DNA of 16,367 bases from Candidatus Thorarchaeota archaeon (GTDB lineage Archaea > Asgardarchaeota > Thorarchaeia > Thorarchaeales > Thorarchaeaceae), in NCBI GenBank assembly GCA_048882325.1, contig JBHLRS010000047.1, positions 4,001-20,367 on the forward strand. The letters run 5' to 3'. Shown here piece by piece: positions 9,387-16,367 of this stretch. The notes under the pieces were generated by a model, which was not told the DNA's origin, searched no databases, and was given only the letters and a program-made list of their open reading frames with translations. Each line of letters opens with the position of its first letter. Position 1 is the first letter of the stretch. A program made the translations under genes and the position numbers.

Positions 9387-9396
9387 CCTGACGACG

Positions 9397-9816
9397 CTAT
9401 GAACCATAGCTGAAGACCTTTCTTAATTCCTTTCGTCGGTATAGGTCTAAAGTCATGATGGACAAAATCAGGATGAGAAGGGACTCTTTGATTAGAAAGG
9501 TCTGTATGTCCGGAGCATACTTGAGTCCCGTTGTATAGTCAACCACAGTGACAAGGAATACACCAAGCACTACCATGGTGGCCAGAGTCAGACCAAACCA
9601 GAATCTTCTGATCTCTCTGTGCCTATTTCGAGTGAAGATATATCCTGCAATGAGATAGGGAGGGAAAAACACTCCTGCAATGAATGTTGCAGGATCATTC
9701 AGGAGTTCTGAAATCCTGAAGTATAAGATCAGGAGTATGCTGACTAAGTTGACTATCATAGTGACAATACAGATCCTCTCTATGGGAGGTCCTTGCTTAC
9801 GAACCATTCCCTCCAT
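9397..9816 (-). CDS. Hypothetical 4-TM membrane protein
   Basis: 139-aa ORF with four hydrophobic segments. Confidence 0.8.
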   Translation of the reverse strand: MEGMVRKQGPPIERICIVTMIVNLVSILLILYFRISELLNDPATFIAGVFFPPYLIAGYIFTRNRHREIRRFWFGLTLATMVVLGVFLVTVVDYTTGLKYAPDIQTFLIKESLLILILSIMTLDLYRRKELRKVFSYGS

Positions 9817-9906
9817 GATGAAATCTCGTTAGGTGGCACCTTATTTCACTTTTGTAACTCTCTAATATTCCATTTAGAGCCCGCATTCCCATTTTATCAG
9901 AATGCC

Positions 9907-10371
9907 TTAACCTGCGAGTTCTTCTGCAAACCGCACTCCAAAATCTCGAGCCTTCGCGGGTTCCGATGCACCGAGTGGTCCCTTCAGTCCCTCTACAAGC
10001 GCAGCGAGTCCAGGCTTGAACAGTCTGGCCTCTGGTTCTTTGTCTGCAACCGCATCTTCAACAAACTTCACTGCACGACCTGCATGTCCTGGAGCCTGAT
10101 AGGTTTCAAAAGCGCCAACTAACTTGCCCTTCAAGCCTTGTTTGAGGACATTCTTCACCGCACCTCTGAGTCCGCCAGCAGGTCTAAACATGTGGATTGG
10201 TCCGCCGAGAAGAACACCGTCAAAAGACCCAATATCATGTGAGTTGACCTCATTGATGCCTATGACTGTGCATTCTGCCTTCCCGGTCTCAGTGATTGCA
10301 GCAGCGATCTCTCTGGCCAGTTTCTCTGTGTTTCCATAGGTTGAGTCGAAAATGACTAGGACTTTCTTCAT
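9907..10371 (-). CDS. Flavodoxin-like protein
   Basis: FMN phosphate loop FDSTYGNTEKLA, plus FDGVLLGGP, GAFET and GPL motifs. Confidence 0.9.
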   Translation of the reverse strand: MKKVLVIFDSTYGNTEKLAREIAAAITETGKAECTVIGINEVNSHDIGSFDGVLLGGPIHMFRPAGGLRGAVKNVLKQGLKGKLVGAFETYQAPGHAGRAVKFVEDAVADKEPEARLFKPGLAALVEGLKGPLGASEPAKARDFGVRFAEELAG

Positions 10372-10440
10372 GTTCTATGCACCACATGCTCTGATTGAAC
10401 TTTTTCGGAATTGCATCAAGACCTAGTAAACCTTGGCAAA

Positions 10441-10472
10441 GGAGAATAAAGTGGGGAGGTGGGGACCTCCCC
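10441..10472 (-). terminator. GC-rich hairpin followed by a pyrimidine-rich tract; putative 3' end of the small-ORF transcript
   Basis: On the minus strand, GGGGAGGT-CCCC-ACCTCCCC forms an 8-bp stem (10453-10472) followed by ACTTTATTCTCC. Confidence 0.5.
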
Positions 10473-10511
10473 GGGGAATGAACGAAAATCTAGGATTTCA
10501 GAAACTAGAAG

Positions 10512-10568
10512 CTATTTCTTTGGTTTCTGAGCGGTCTTCTGTTCTTTCTTCTGCTTGTTCTTACCCAT
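10512..10568 (-). CDS. Small Lys-rich peptide MGKNKQKKEQKTAQKPKK (18 aa)
   Basis: Below the ORF-track cutoff. ATG...TAG with a perfect GAGGTGA SD 5 nt upstream (10574-10580), a TATA candidate upstream and a hairpin downstream. Confidence 0.6.
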   Translation of the reverse strand: MGKNKQKKEQKTAQKPKK

Positions 10569-10661
10569 TAATGTCACCTCACTTGACATTCGGGGTCAAT
10601 TTGCCTTGGACACCGTTGCATCCGAAAGGGACTGAGACGAGAAGTCTGTACAAAAAACCCG
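10569..10661 (-). ncRNA. Putative structured 5' leader (cis-regulatory RNA) of the small ORF
   Basis: Nested stems: CGGGUU/GACCCCG closing helix, AGAC/GUCU, CCUU-GGAUGC-AACG-GUGUCC-AAGG (G-U pairs favour the minus strand), and AAUGUCA/UGACAUU enclosing the SD. Confidence 0.45.
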
Positions 10662-10684
10662 TAGCCTTATTTGCGTTTTAATTT

Positions 10685-10692
10685 GATATAAA
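10685..10692 (-). promoter_or_regulatory. Putative TATA box for the small-ORF transcript
   Basis: TTTATATC about 24 nt upstream of the first leader stem, inside a GATAT-AAAC-ATATC inverted repeat. Confidence 0.45.
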
Positions 10693-10896
10693 CATATCTA
10701 ACTAAATTTAAGGCACTCATAAGCCTTTATTTTGTACTTTACGGTCTGATAATTCTTTCATTTTATGAGGGTTTCATTATTGGATTAGGCACAGTGTCTG
10801 CTTCTCACTCTTTACAATATGCGCGATATCTTTCTGACAGAGAATTTCTTTCTCCTCTTACGCTTAAAGCAAGATTTATTTACTTAGGTCAACTTT

Positions 10897-10914
10897 ATTT
10901 TACTTGAGTAAAAT
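10897..10914. promoter_or_regulatory. Palindromic operator, probably for the adjacent TetR
   Basis: ATTTTACT-TG-AGTAAAAT has perfect 8-bp arms. It lies just upstream of the TetR gene and downstream of TATA-like TTTATTTA (10875-10882). Confidence 0.7.
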
Positions 10915-10924
10915 CATCAGTGTG

Positions 10925-11614
10925 ATGACCATGAGTAAGAAGAACGCCGCGTCACCAAAAGCACAGAGGCTCGAACGTCTGAGAAAGCAGCGACGAAAAG
11001 CCATTATCGCAATCGCTAGAGAGTTCTTCGCAACCCAGGGTTATGATCAGGCAATGGTCGAAGACATCGCAGAAGCTGCAGGTTATACCAAGATGACCAT
11101 CTACAACTACTTTGAGTCCAAGGATGACCTCTTCCTGGCAGTGATTTCGGAGGCATACCAGAAGTTGTTCGATATAATGGACAGTCATCTCAAGAGAGAT
11201 GATGTGAGCTTCGAACTTAGGTCCATGGGAGATGCGTATCTTCTATTCTTTGAGAAATATCCAGAGGATGCGATTCTCTTTGAGTCAGGGCGTCTAGGCA
11301 TTGTGATCTCCAATTTGCTGAGGAAAGTAGAAACCGGGGAACAGATGACTGAGAGCGAGCAAGAGTTCAGGCACTACATGATACAGATTGAGGAACTCAT
11401 GACCTCCGTCATAACAGAAACCATGAAGAAGTCAGGAGTCCAGAGCAAGGTGGACCCTTTCTCTGTGATCATGGTCCTCAGTACATTCGCACAGACAATC
11501 CGAGAACTGGTCATACGTGGTAAAAGGAATGAACAGCCAGAAGTGAAGACCCGAGAGTATCTCTCCATCTTCTTCACAATCGTTGACCAGGGTCTGAAGC
11601 ACTATGTAGATTGA
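10925..11614 (+). CDS. TetR/AcrR family transcriptional regulator
   Basis: IIAIAREFFATQGYDQAMVEDIAEAAGYTKMTIYNYFESKDDLF is a TetR HTH. ATG 10925 or 10931 is preferred, because TTG 10904 lies inside the operator. Confidence 0.95.
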   Translation: MTMSKKNAASPKAQRLERLRKQRRKAIIAIAREFFATQGYDQAMVEDIAEAAGYTKMTIYNYFESKDDLFLAVISEAYQKLFDIMDSHLKRDDVSFELRSMGDAYLLFFEKYPEDAILFESGRLGIVISNLLRKVETGEQMTESEQEFRHYMIQIEELMTSVITETMKKSGVQSKVDPFSVIMVLSTFAQTIRELVIRGKRNEQPEVKTREYLSIFFTIVDQGLKHYVD

Positions 11615-11638
11615 ACTAGTTTCTGAAGGTAATAGATA

Positions 11639-12109
11639 ATGAACGAAACAGAGGTTATTCAATACAGGAATGAAGAAGAGAACATAGTACGTCATCCTTC
11701 AGGGCTCTTGAGAGTCCTCAAAGTGATCGGACTGACCCTCATATGGGCATTCGTGTCCGCGGGGATAGTGGGTGCTCTGGCAGCAGCGGTCTGGACCGTG
11801 ATTCCAACAGATATGCTGTCATGGGGGGCGACCAAGGTCAACCTCATCGGGTATGTTTCCCACTGCCCCTTTGTTCCGGTCAGTACAATGATCCTCCTCA
11901 GTACGGTTGGCGTTCTGTCAGTCGTAGCCTACAAGCTGAAACGAGTGAGAAACATAGGACTTGTTGTATTTACAGGGACTGCAGTTGGTTTGCTGGTAGG
12001 ACTCCTCGGAGGCATTGATGTCACCATGTACATGGGAATGGGATCAGGTGTCGCTGTTGGTGTCATGCTTGGTCTAGTTGTCGGACTGATCAGAAACACA
12101 GGAGAGTGA
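11639..12109 (+). CDS. Hypothetical membrane protein with NLIGYVSHCPFVP motif
   Basis: Gly-rich TM helices, in an apparent operon with TetR and flavodoxin (24-bp and 4-bp gaps). Confidence 0.8.
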   Translation: MNETEVIQYRNEEENIVRHPSGLLRVLKVIGLTLIWAFVSAGIVGALAAAVWTVIPTDMLSWGATKVNLIGYVSHCPFVPVSTMILLSTVGVLSVVAYKLKRVRNIGLVVFTGTAVGLLVGLLGGIDVTMYMGMGSGVAVGVMLGLVVGLIRNTGE

Positions 12110-12113
12110 TAGA

Positions 12114-12593
12114 ATGAAGAGTGCGTTAGTCCTTTATCATTCGGTCTTTGGAAACACCAAGAGTGTCGCCCAAAAACTCTCTCAAGGTTTGGAGGCGGCT
12201 GGTCTCGAGGTGAAGTGTCTAAGCATTGAAGATGTCGACATGTCCGTGATTCCCAACTATGATTTCATCGCTATTGGAAGTCCAACACATATGATTCGAC
12301 CCTCAAAGAAGATGAAAGGGTTTCTAATTAGGCTAGGTAAACTAAACCTCTCCGGACTTGCAGGGTTCAGTTTTGACACTAGGAACGAATCACGGATGAA
12401 TCGTCGCGGCCTATTAGTTCTAGAGAACAGTGCTGCCAGGACCATTGAGAAGGCGTTGAAACGTATGAAAGTCAAGATTGTCAGGTCCCGTTCATCCGCT
12501 ATCGTGATTGGAAGGGAAGGACCACTTGAGTCAGGAGTCGAAGCATCTTTCTTCCAGCTTGGAAGAGAGATAGGTAGTACAATTGCGGCGTGA
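12114..12593 (+). CDS. Flavodoxin-like protein
   Basis: YHSVFGNTKSVA, YDFIAIGSPTH, SFDTR and EGPL motifs. Confidence 0.9.
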   Translation: MKSALVLYHSVFGNTKSVAQKLSQGLEAAGLEVKCLSIEDVDMSVIPNYDFIAIGSPTHMIRPSKKMKGFLIRLGKLNLSGLAGFSFDTRNESRMNRRGLLVLENSAARTIEKALKRMKVKIVRSRSSAIVIGREGPLESGVEASFFQLGREIGSTIAA

Positions 12594-12705
12594 TTTTCAG
12601 ACGCTGCAACTCACTTTTTTGAGCATTTATCACCTTTGGAAGAGTTTATATTCTTTCGTGTCATGTAATACGTAATAGAATTACAATAGTTTGAGAGATG
12701 AAGAG

Positions 12706-13242
12706 ATGAGTGAGTCCAATCGCGTAAGAGTCGTGGCTGATGAGATCCTCAAGGGTCAGGTTCTGGCCTTGAGCGAGCCTCTTTCCTACTCGGGAATTGT
12801 CATTGTCCCAATCGTCAGGGTTGACCAACCAATTCAAACAGGACGAAGAAAGCTCAGTCGAACCATTTTGACAGAGTATGTACACAAGGTCATCGTAGGA
12901 AGCCTCCCCAGAAACTCATGTGGCGTTTTTGTTTTGGACTCACTAGGCGACATAGTGGCATTCAAGCTTCACATGGAGGTCGACATGTTCTGGGAGAGGA
13001 TCAACTTCGTAGAGAGGCTGGTCATGGAACACTACAAGGAAACAAGAAAGCCACTCGGGAAGGAGAGCGCAACAGCACGAGCTATTGCCTTTCTGATGAG
13101 ACTGAAGTTTGAAGGACCCAATGGCGTGATGAAGTCCAAAGCAGCCTACTTTGCAGTTTCGCGAACAGAGTTAACAGAAGAGCTGTGCAAGAACAGCGAC
13201 CTGCTCTGGTCTACATCAGCTGTCATATACGCAGCTGGCTGA
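12706..13242 (+). CDS. Hypothetical protein, possibly a degenerate ARPP-1/DUF6569-like protein
   Basis: Long ORF with start ATG 12706 or TTG 12691. LSEPLSYSGIVIVPI and CGVFVLDSLGDIVAF loosely resemble that family (recall only). Confidence 0.7.
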   Translation: MSESNRVRVVADEILKGQVLALSEPLSYSGIVIVPIVRVDQPIQTGRRKLSRTILTEYVHKVIVGSLPRNSCGVFVLDSLGDIVAFKLHMEVDMFWERINFVERLVMEHYKETRKPLGKESATARAIAFLMRLKFEGPNGVMKSKAAYFAVSRTELTEELCKNSDLLWSTSAVIYAAG

Positions 13243-13294
13243 TATCATTCTCACACCGGAGCATTCAAGATTGTTTTAGGACATCACAATCGAA

Positions 13295-13912
13295 ATGAGT
13301 CCAGAGAGAACTCCAGAACTTTTCGATTCATGGGCCTCATCTTACGACTACTTCATTGAGGCAGGAAAAGATAGCTTTCCATTCCTGGGATACGATGATG
13401 TCCTTTCTAGAGTCGTTGACCATGCAAATCCCGAGCCAGGCATGAAGATACTGGATGTTGGTATCGGGACTGGTTGTCTGGCTGTAAGATTCTCAGAGTT
13501 CGACTGCGAAATCTGGGGGATTGACTACTCCTCAAGGATGCTTGAAGAGGCCAGGAAGAAAGTCCCCAACGCACAACTCCTACATGTTGACGTTCGATCG
13601 GAGTGGCCACCTCAACTCAGCGAATTCGACAGAGTTGTTTCTGCATACACGCTTCATCATCTCACACTTGAAGACAAGACAGAAGCTGTTCAACGCATGG
13701 CGAATGAACTACTCAAAGAGGGAGGGAGAATCATCATCGCAGATATTTCATTTCCAACTGTCAAGACTCGTGAACAAGCCCGAAAGAAGCTTGGGTATGA
13801 ATGGGATGATGATGAGTATTACTGGGCTGCAGATGAGTTCAAGATAGCGGGTATGGATATCGCCTATGAACAGGTTTCACGATATGGAGGCGTTTACATC
13901 ATTACTCCTTGA
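13295..13912 (+). CDS. Class I SAM-dependent methyltransferase
   Basis: ILDVGIGTG motif I, GIDYSSRML, FDRVVSAYTLHHL, LKEGGRIIIAD. Confidence 0.95.
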   Translation: MSPERTPELFDSWASSYDYFIEAGKDSFPFLGYDDVLSRVVDHANPEPGMKILDVGIGTGCLAVRFSEFDCEIWGIDYSSRMLEEARKKVPNAQLLHVDVRSEWPPQLSEFDRVVSAYTLHHLTLEDKTEAVQRMANELLKEGGRIIIADISFPTVKTREQARKKLGYEWDDDEYYWAADEFKIAGMDIAYEQVSRYGGVYIITP

Positions 13913-13984
13913 TCCTAAATGTGAACAAGGCATCTATCTAGTTTCCACTAGACTCTTGCACATTTCTGCGAGGGTCGAGCTGTA

Positions 13985-14209
13985 TCAGATTGCCATACAG
14001 GTCTCAGTTCTCTCGACGCCAGGTGCATCATGAATTGCTTCAACTAGCTTTCTAAAACCCGCTTTTACAGGTATGTCAGCATAGGCAATGATGTCATACG
14101 GTCCTGTTACCATATGGACATGTTGAATATCTTTGATTTTCTCAATCTCGGTAAAAGCAGAACTTGCTGTTCCAGCTTTGACCTGTATTAGAACGATCAC
14201 CACAACCAT
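13985..14209 (-). CDS. Stand-alone Lrp/AsnC ligand-binding (RAM) domain protein
   Basis: VHMVTGPYDIIA and GVERTET signatures, with no HTH. ATG 14209 is preceded by AGGAGG. Confidence 0.9.
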   Translation of the reverse strand: MVVVIVLIQVKAGTASSAFTEIEKIKDIQHVHMVTGPYDIIAYADIPVKAGFRKLVEAIHDAPGVERTETCMAI

Positions 14210-14284
14210 CGTCGGAACCTCCTGAACGCAATCTAGTATAACGTCATTTCCACACAAAAGTATAGCTGATTGTGATTTAAAGGG

Positions 14285-14509
14285 TCAAAGACGTGCATGG
14301 ACATTAACTTTGAGTCGTTCCTTGAATCCTTCTGCATCATACTTGAGCTTCTTTCGAAGCATCTTCCAGGTGGCAGCACAGTTTGGGTAGTCAACACTTA
14401 ACATATCATGGAGAATCTCATCGACCATCTCTATGTTCTCTTTAGTATCTTCGATCTCAATCTCGCTCAGCAGTTCCTTCATTCGAGAGTTCTTGAAATA
14501 ACAGGTCAT
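14285..14509 (-). CDS. Small conserved-type hypothetical protein (MxCYF...YxNCxxTWK)
   Basis: 74-aa ORF with a GGAG SD. The two-Cys pattern resembles a small archaeal/firmicute hypothetical family (recall). Confidence 0.8.
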   Translation of the reverse strand: MTCYFKNSRMKELLSEIEIEDTKENIEMVDEILHDMLSVDYPNCAATWKMLRKKLKYDAEGFKERLKVNVHARL

Positions 14510-14675
14510 CTAAACGACTCCGGTTTCCGCTGTTCCTCTTGTAAATATAATCTCTCTTGTCGTGGAGGATGAACATTGTGAAACAATGGAAATGGATGGA
14601 TTCTTGGATGTCGTTACTTCTGATGATCAGAAAACAGAAATGACCTGTCTGATGGGTGACTCACCAAGAGAGGAC

Positions 14676-15638
14676 TCAGTCGGATGAGATGAAGTCCAGG
14701 ATAGCCTGTACGAGCTCCTCCCCCTTATCTTCCTGAAGAAAGTGGCCGGCACCTTTGATGGTGATGTGCTGCCGGTTCTGTGCCCCTGGAATCATCTTCT
14801 GGAAGTATCTTTCACCGCCTCTTGTGATTGGATCTTTGTCACTGAACGCTGTGAGGAATGGTTTCTTCCATTTTGTCAAGACGTTGTCCCATACCTTTCG
14901 GTTCTCTGACAACTGTGATTGGACTAGATAGGGAAAGATTCTTGCACCTGCTTTGTACGATGCATCAGGAAATGGAGCATCATAGGCTTTTACAACAGCA
15001 GGAGAGAGATTCGTCAGGGTTGAATTTTGAATAAGCTCACCGATGGGAAGTTCTGGAACTGTTTGAGAGTATGCAACCCATGTCATTAAGTTCGGATTCT
15101 TTTGGAGCTGTTCCGCAGTCACCTTGCCAAGCCGTCTGATTCGTAGCTTGAAGAGAGGGTAGCCGATTATCGCCTTGATACCCCTCGCAGAGGGAAATCC
15201 AGTATTTGCAGCCACCACACGAACAAACCTGTCTGGCTGGTCTCCAAGGATTCTAAATCCAATGAGTCCACCCCAGTCTTGGCCAAACAGAGTGATGTTC
15301 TGAAGATTCAGATGCTTCACTAGCTGTATCATAAGGTCGACGTGCTTCTGATAGCTGTAGTCCCTGGTGTTAGCGGGTTTGTCGGACTTTCCAAACCCTA
15401 GCAGGTCAGGTGCAATTGCACGAAACCCAGCCTCGACCAAAGGAGGAATCATCTTTCTATACAGATAGCTCCAGGACGGTTCTCCATGCATCAGAAGAAT
15501 GGGAGGCGCATCCCTGTGTCCCTCATCCACATAATGAATTCTCAGACCAGATATGTCAAGATAGTTGGGAGAGAAGTCATAATCGGGAAGATTCTCAAAT
15601 CGGTCGTCAGGAGTCCGAAGAACTCTAGCTTTTGACAT
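14676..15638 (-). CDS. Haloalkane dehalogenase (alpha/beta hydrolase, HLD-I/DhmA-like)
   Basis: LRTPDDRF, MHGEPSWSYLYRKMI, nucleophile QDWGG, AYDAPFPD, FSDKDP (acid) and GHFLQED (His). Confidence 0.92.
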   Translation of the reverse strand: MSKARVLRTPDDRFENLPDYDFSPNYLDISGLRIHYVDEGHRDAPPILLMHGEPSWSYLYRKMIPPLVEAGFRAIAPDLLGFGKSDKPANTRDYSYQKHVDLMIQLVKHLNLQNITLFGQDWGGLIGFRILGDQPDRFVRVVAANTGFPSARGIKAIIGYPLFKLRIRRLGKVTAEQLQKNPNLMTWVAYSQTVPELPIGELIQNSTLTNLSPAVVKAYDAPFPDASYKAGARIFPYLVQSQLSENRKVWDNVLTKWKKPFLTAFSDKDPITRGGERYFQKMIPGAQNRQHITIKGAGHFLQEDKGEELVQAILDFISSD

Positions 15639-15729
15639 GATCCACCCATTTTACGCGCTCAAGAAGAGTCTTACGCAACTCGAAAGTGTATAATACCCGG
15701 TTGTAGAGACCTATTTGGCCGGTGTGTCT

Positions 15730-16367
15730 ATGGAACTGCTCTACCTAATCCCTGGAGAAGGGATGCCCGAAGAAGAGATCAAGCGTCGAGAATCGGTCGC
15801 AAACGCCTTAGCACGAAAGGGAACAGAAGTCGCAGTGAAGGAGGTCGGAAAAGGAGCGCTGTCTATTGAGTCCGAGATTGAAGCTTACATGTCGATTGGA
15901 CCAATGTTAGAGTGGCTCTTCAATATTCGGAAGGATAACAAGTTCGATGCTATCATCATCGGGTGTGCTGGGGACCCTGGGTTGGGAGCTGCAAGAGAAC
16001 TGATGGACGTCCCAGTCATTGGTCCAGCAGAGTCAGCATATCATATTGCGTGCATGGTGGCAGACCGATTCAGTGTGATATCCCCAAGACAGGCTGGGGG
16101 TCACGATGTTGCAGATGATCTTGTTGCTCGAACACGAGAGATGGGTATCAACAGTCGACTTGCATCTGTTGAATTCGTGGATATGCCGATCACAGAGATG
16201 TGGGGAGATGACCCTACAGCTGTCATCAAACAGGCTACTGCCGCCATCAATAAGGCAAAGGAACACGGAGCTGGAGCAGTAGTTCTGGGTTGTATGTCGA
16301 TGGCATTTCGGACAGCCAATGCAGATTGGGATGTGGGAATACCTATCATCAATCCGCTGACTGCAGC
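15730..16367 (+). CDS. Asp/Glu/hydantoin racemase family protein (hydantoin/allantoin racemase-like), truncated at the window edge
   Basis: Not in the ORF track. Open from ATG 15730: MELLYLIPG...SIESEIE...DAIIIGCAGDPGLGAARELMDVPVIGPAES...VVLGCMSM...IPIINP. Both catalytic Cys are present. Confidence 0.93.
   Translation, partial: MELLYLIPGEGMPEEEIKRRESVANALARKGTEVAVKEVGKGALSIESEIEAYMSIGPMLEWLFNIRKDNKFDAIIIGCAGDPGLGAARELMDVPVIGPAESAYHIACMVADRFSVISPRQAGGHDVADDLVARTREMGINSRLASVEFVDMPITEMWGDDPTAVIKQATAAINKAKEHGAGAVVLGCMSMAFRTANADWDVGIPIINPLTA

Noticed and set aside
10620-10650. Hammerhead or c-di-GMP-I-like words (CCGAAAGGGAC, CTGAGA) on the + strand
   Set aside because: The required consensus elements (CUGANGA core in the correct order; GCAAAC...GACGCAAA) are not present.
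10591-10680. TPP riboswitch on the + strand (CGGGGT...GACTGAGA...ACCCGTA resembles the P2/P3 half)
   Set aside because: The P4/P5 half (ACCUGAU...GCGNAGGGA) is absent, no thiamine gene follows, and the G-U pairs favour the minus strand. A cmsearch with the Rfam TPP model would settle it.
10433-10681. 82-aa + strand ORF in the ORF track
   Set aside because: It has a TTG start, no SD and no protein-like features. It is antisense to the better-supported micropeptide unit.
908-15628. Remaining short ORFs nested in or antisense to called genes (e.g. 1959..2159, 2546..2932, 2929..3339, 9793..10122, 13521..13847)
   Set aside because: They overlap well-supported genes or promoters and have no recognisable motifs or SD.
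16033-16352. Two minus-strand ORFs (77 and 83 aa)
   Set aside because: They are antisense shadows of the racemase gene.
1-16367. CRISPR array, tRNA/rRNA, IS element or integrase
   Set aside because: No regularly spaced repeats, cloverleaf, or transposase/recombinase motifs were seen by eye.

Overview
Gene-dense archaeal chromosomal window with GAGGTGA/AGGAGG Shine-Dalgarno motifs, TATA-like promoters and a stand-alone Lrp/AsnC domain. The 'MxPxGTITxYYxF' TPR family suggests an Asgard, Thorarchaeota-like genome (from recall, not a search). It encodes two tandem TPR-like paralogs (one missed by the ORF track), several small membrane proteins, a ribbon-helix-helix regulator, a probable inactive M48-like protein, two SAM methyltransferases, a prolyl oligopeptidase, a class I/II aminotransferase, a GYD protein, two flavodoxin-like proteins, a TetR operon, a haloalkane dehalogenase and a truncated Asp/Glu/hydantoin racemase (also missed). 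I see no rRNA, tRNA, CRISPR or transposase. The most interesting signals are: (1) an unannotated, highly structured minus-strand transcript of about 220 nt (~10440-10661) carrying an 18-aa Lys-rich ORF with a perfect but partly hairpin-sequestered SD; (2) phased ATACGCG-like heptad repeats before three consecutive genes including the RHH gene, suggesting a mini-regulon; (3) TPR paralogs with a strongly conserved N-terminus and a divergent body.
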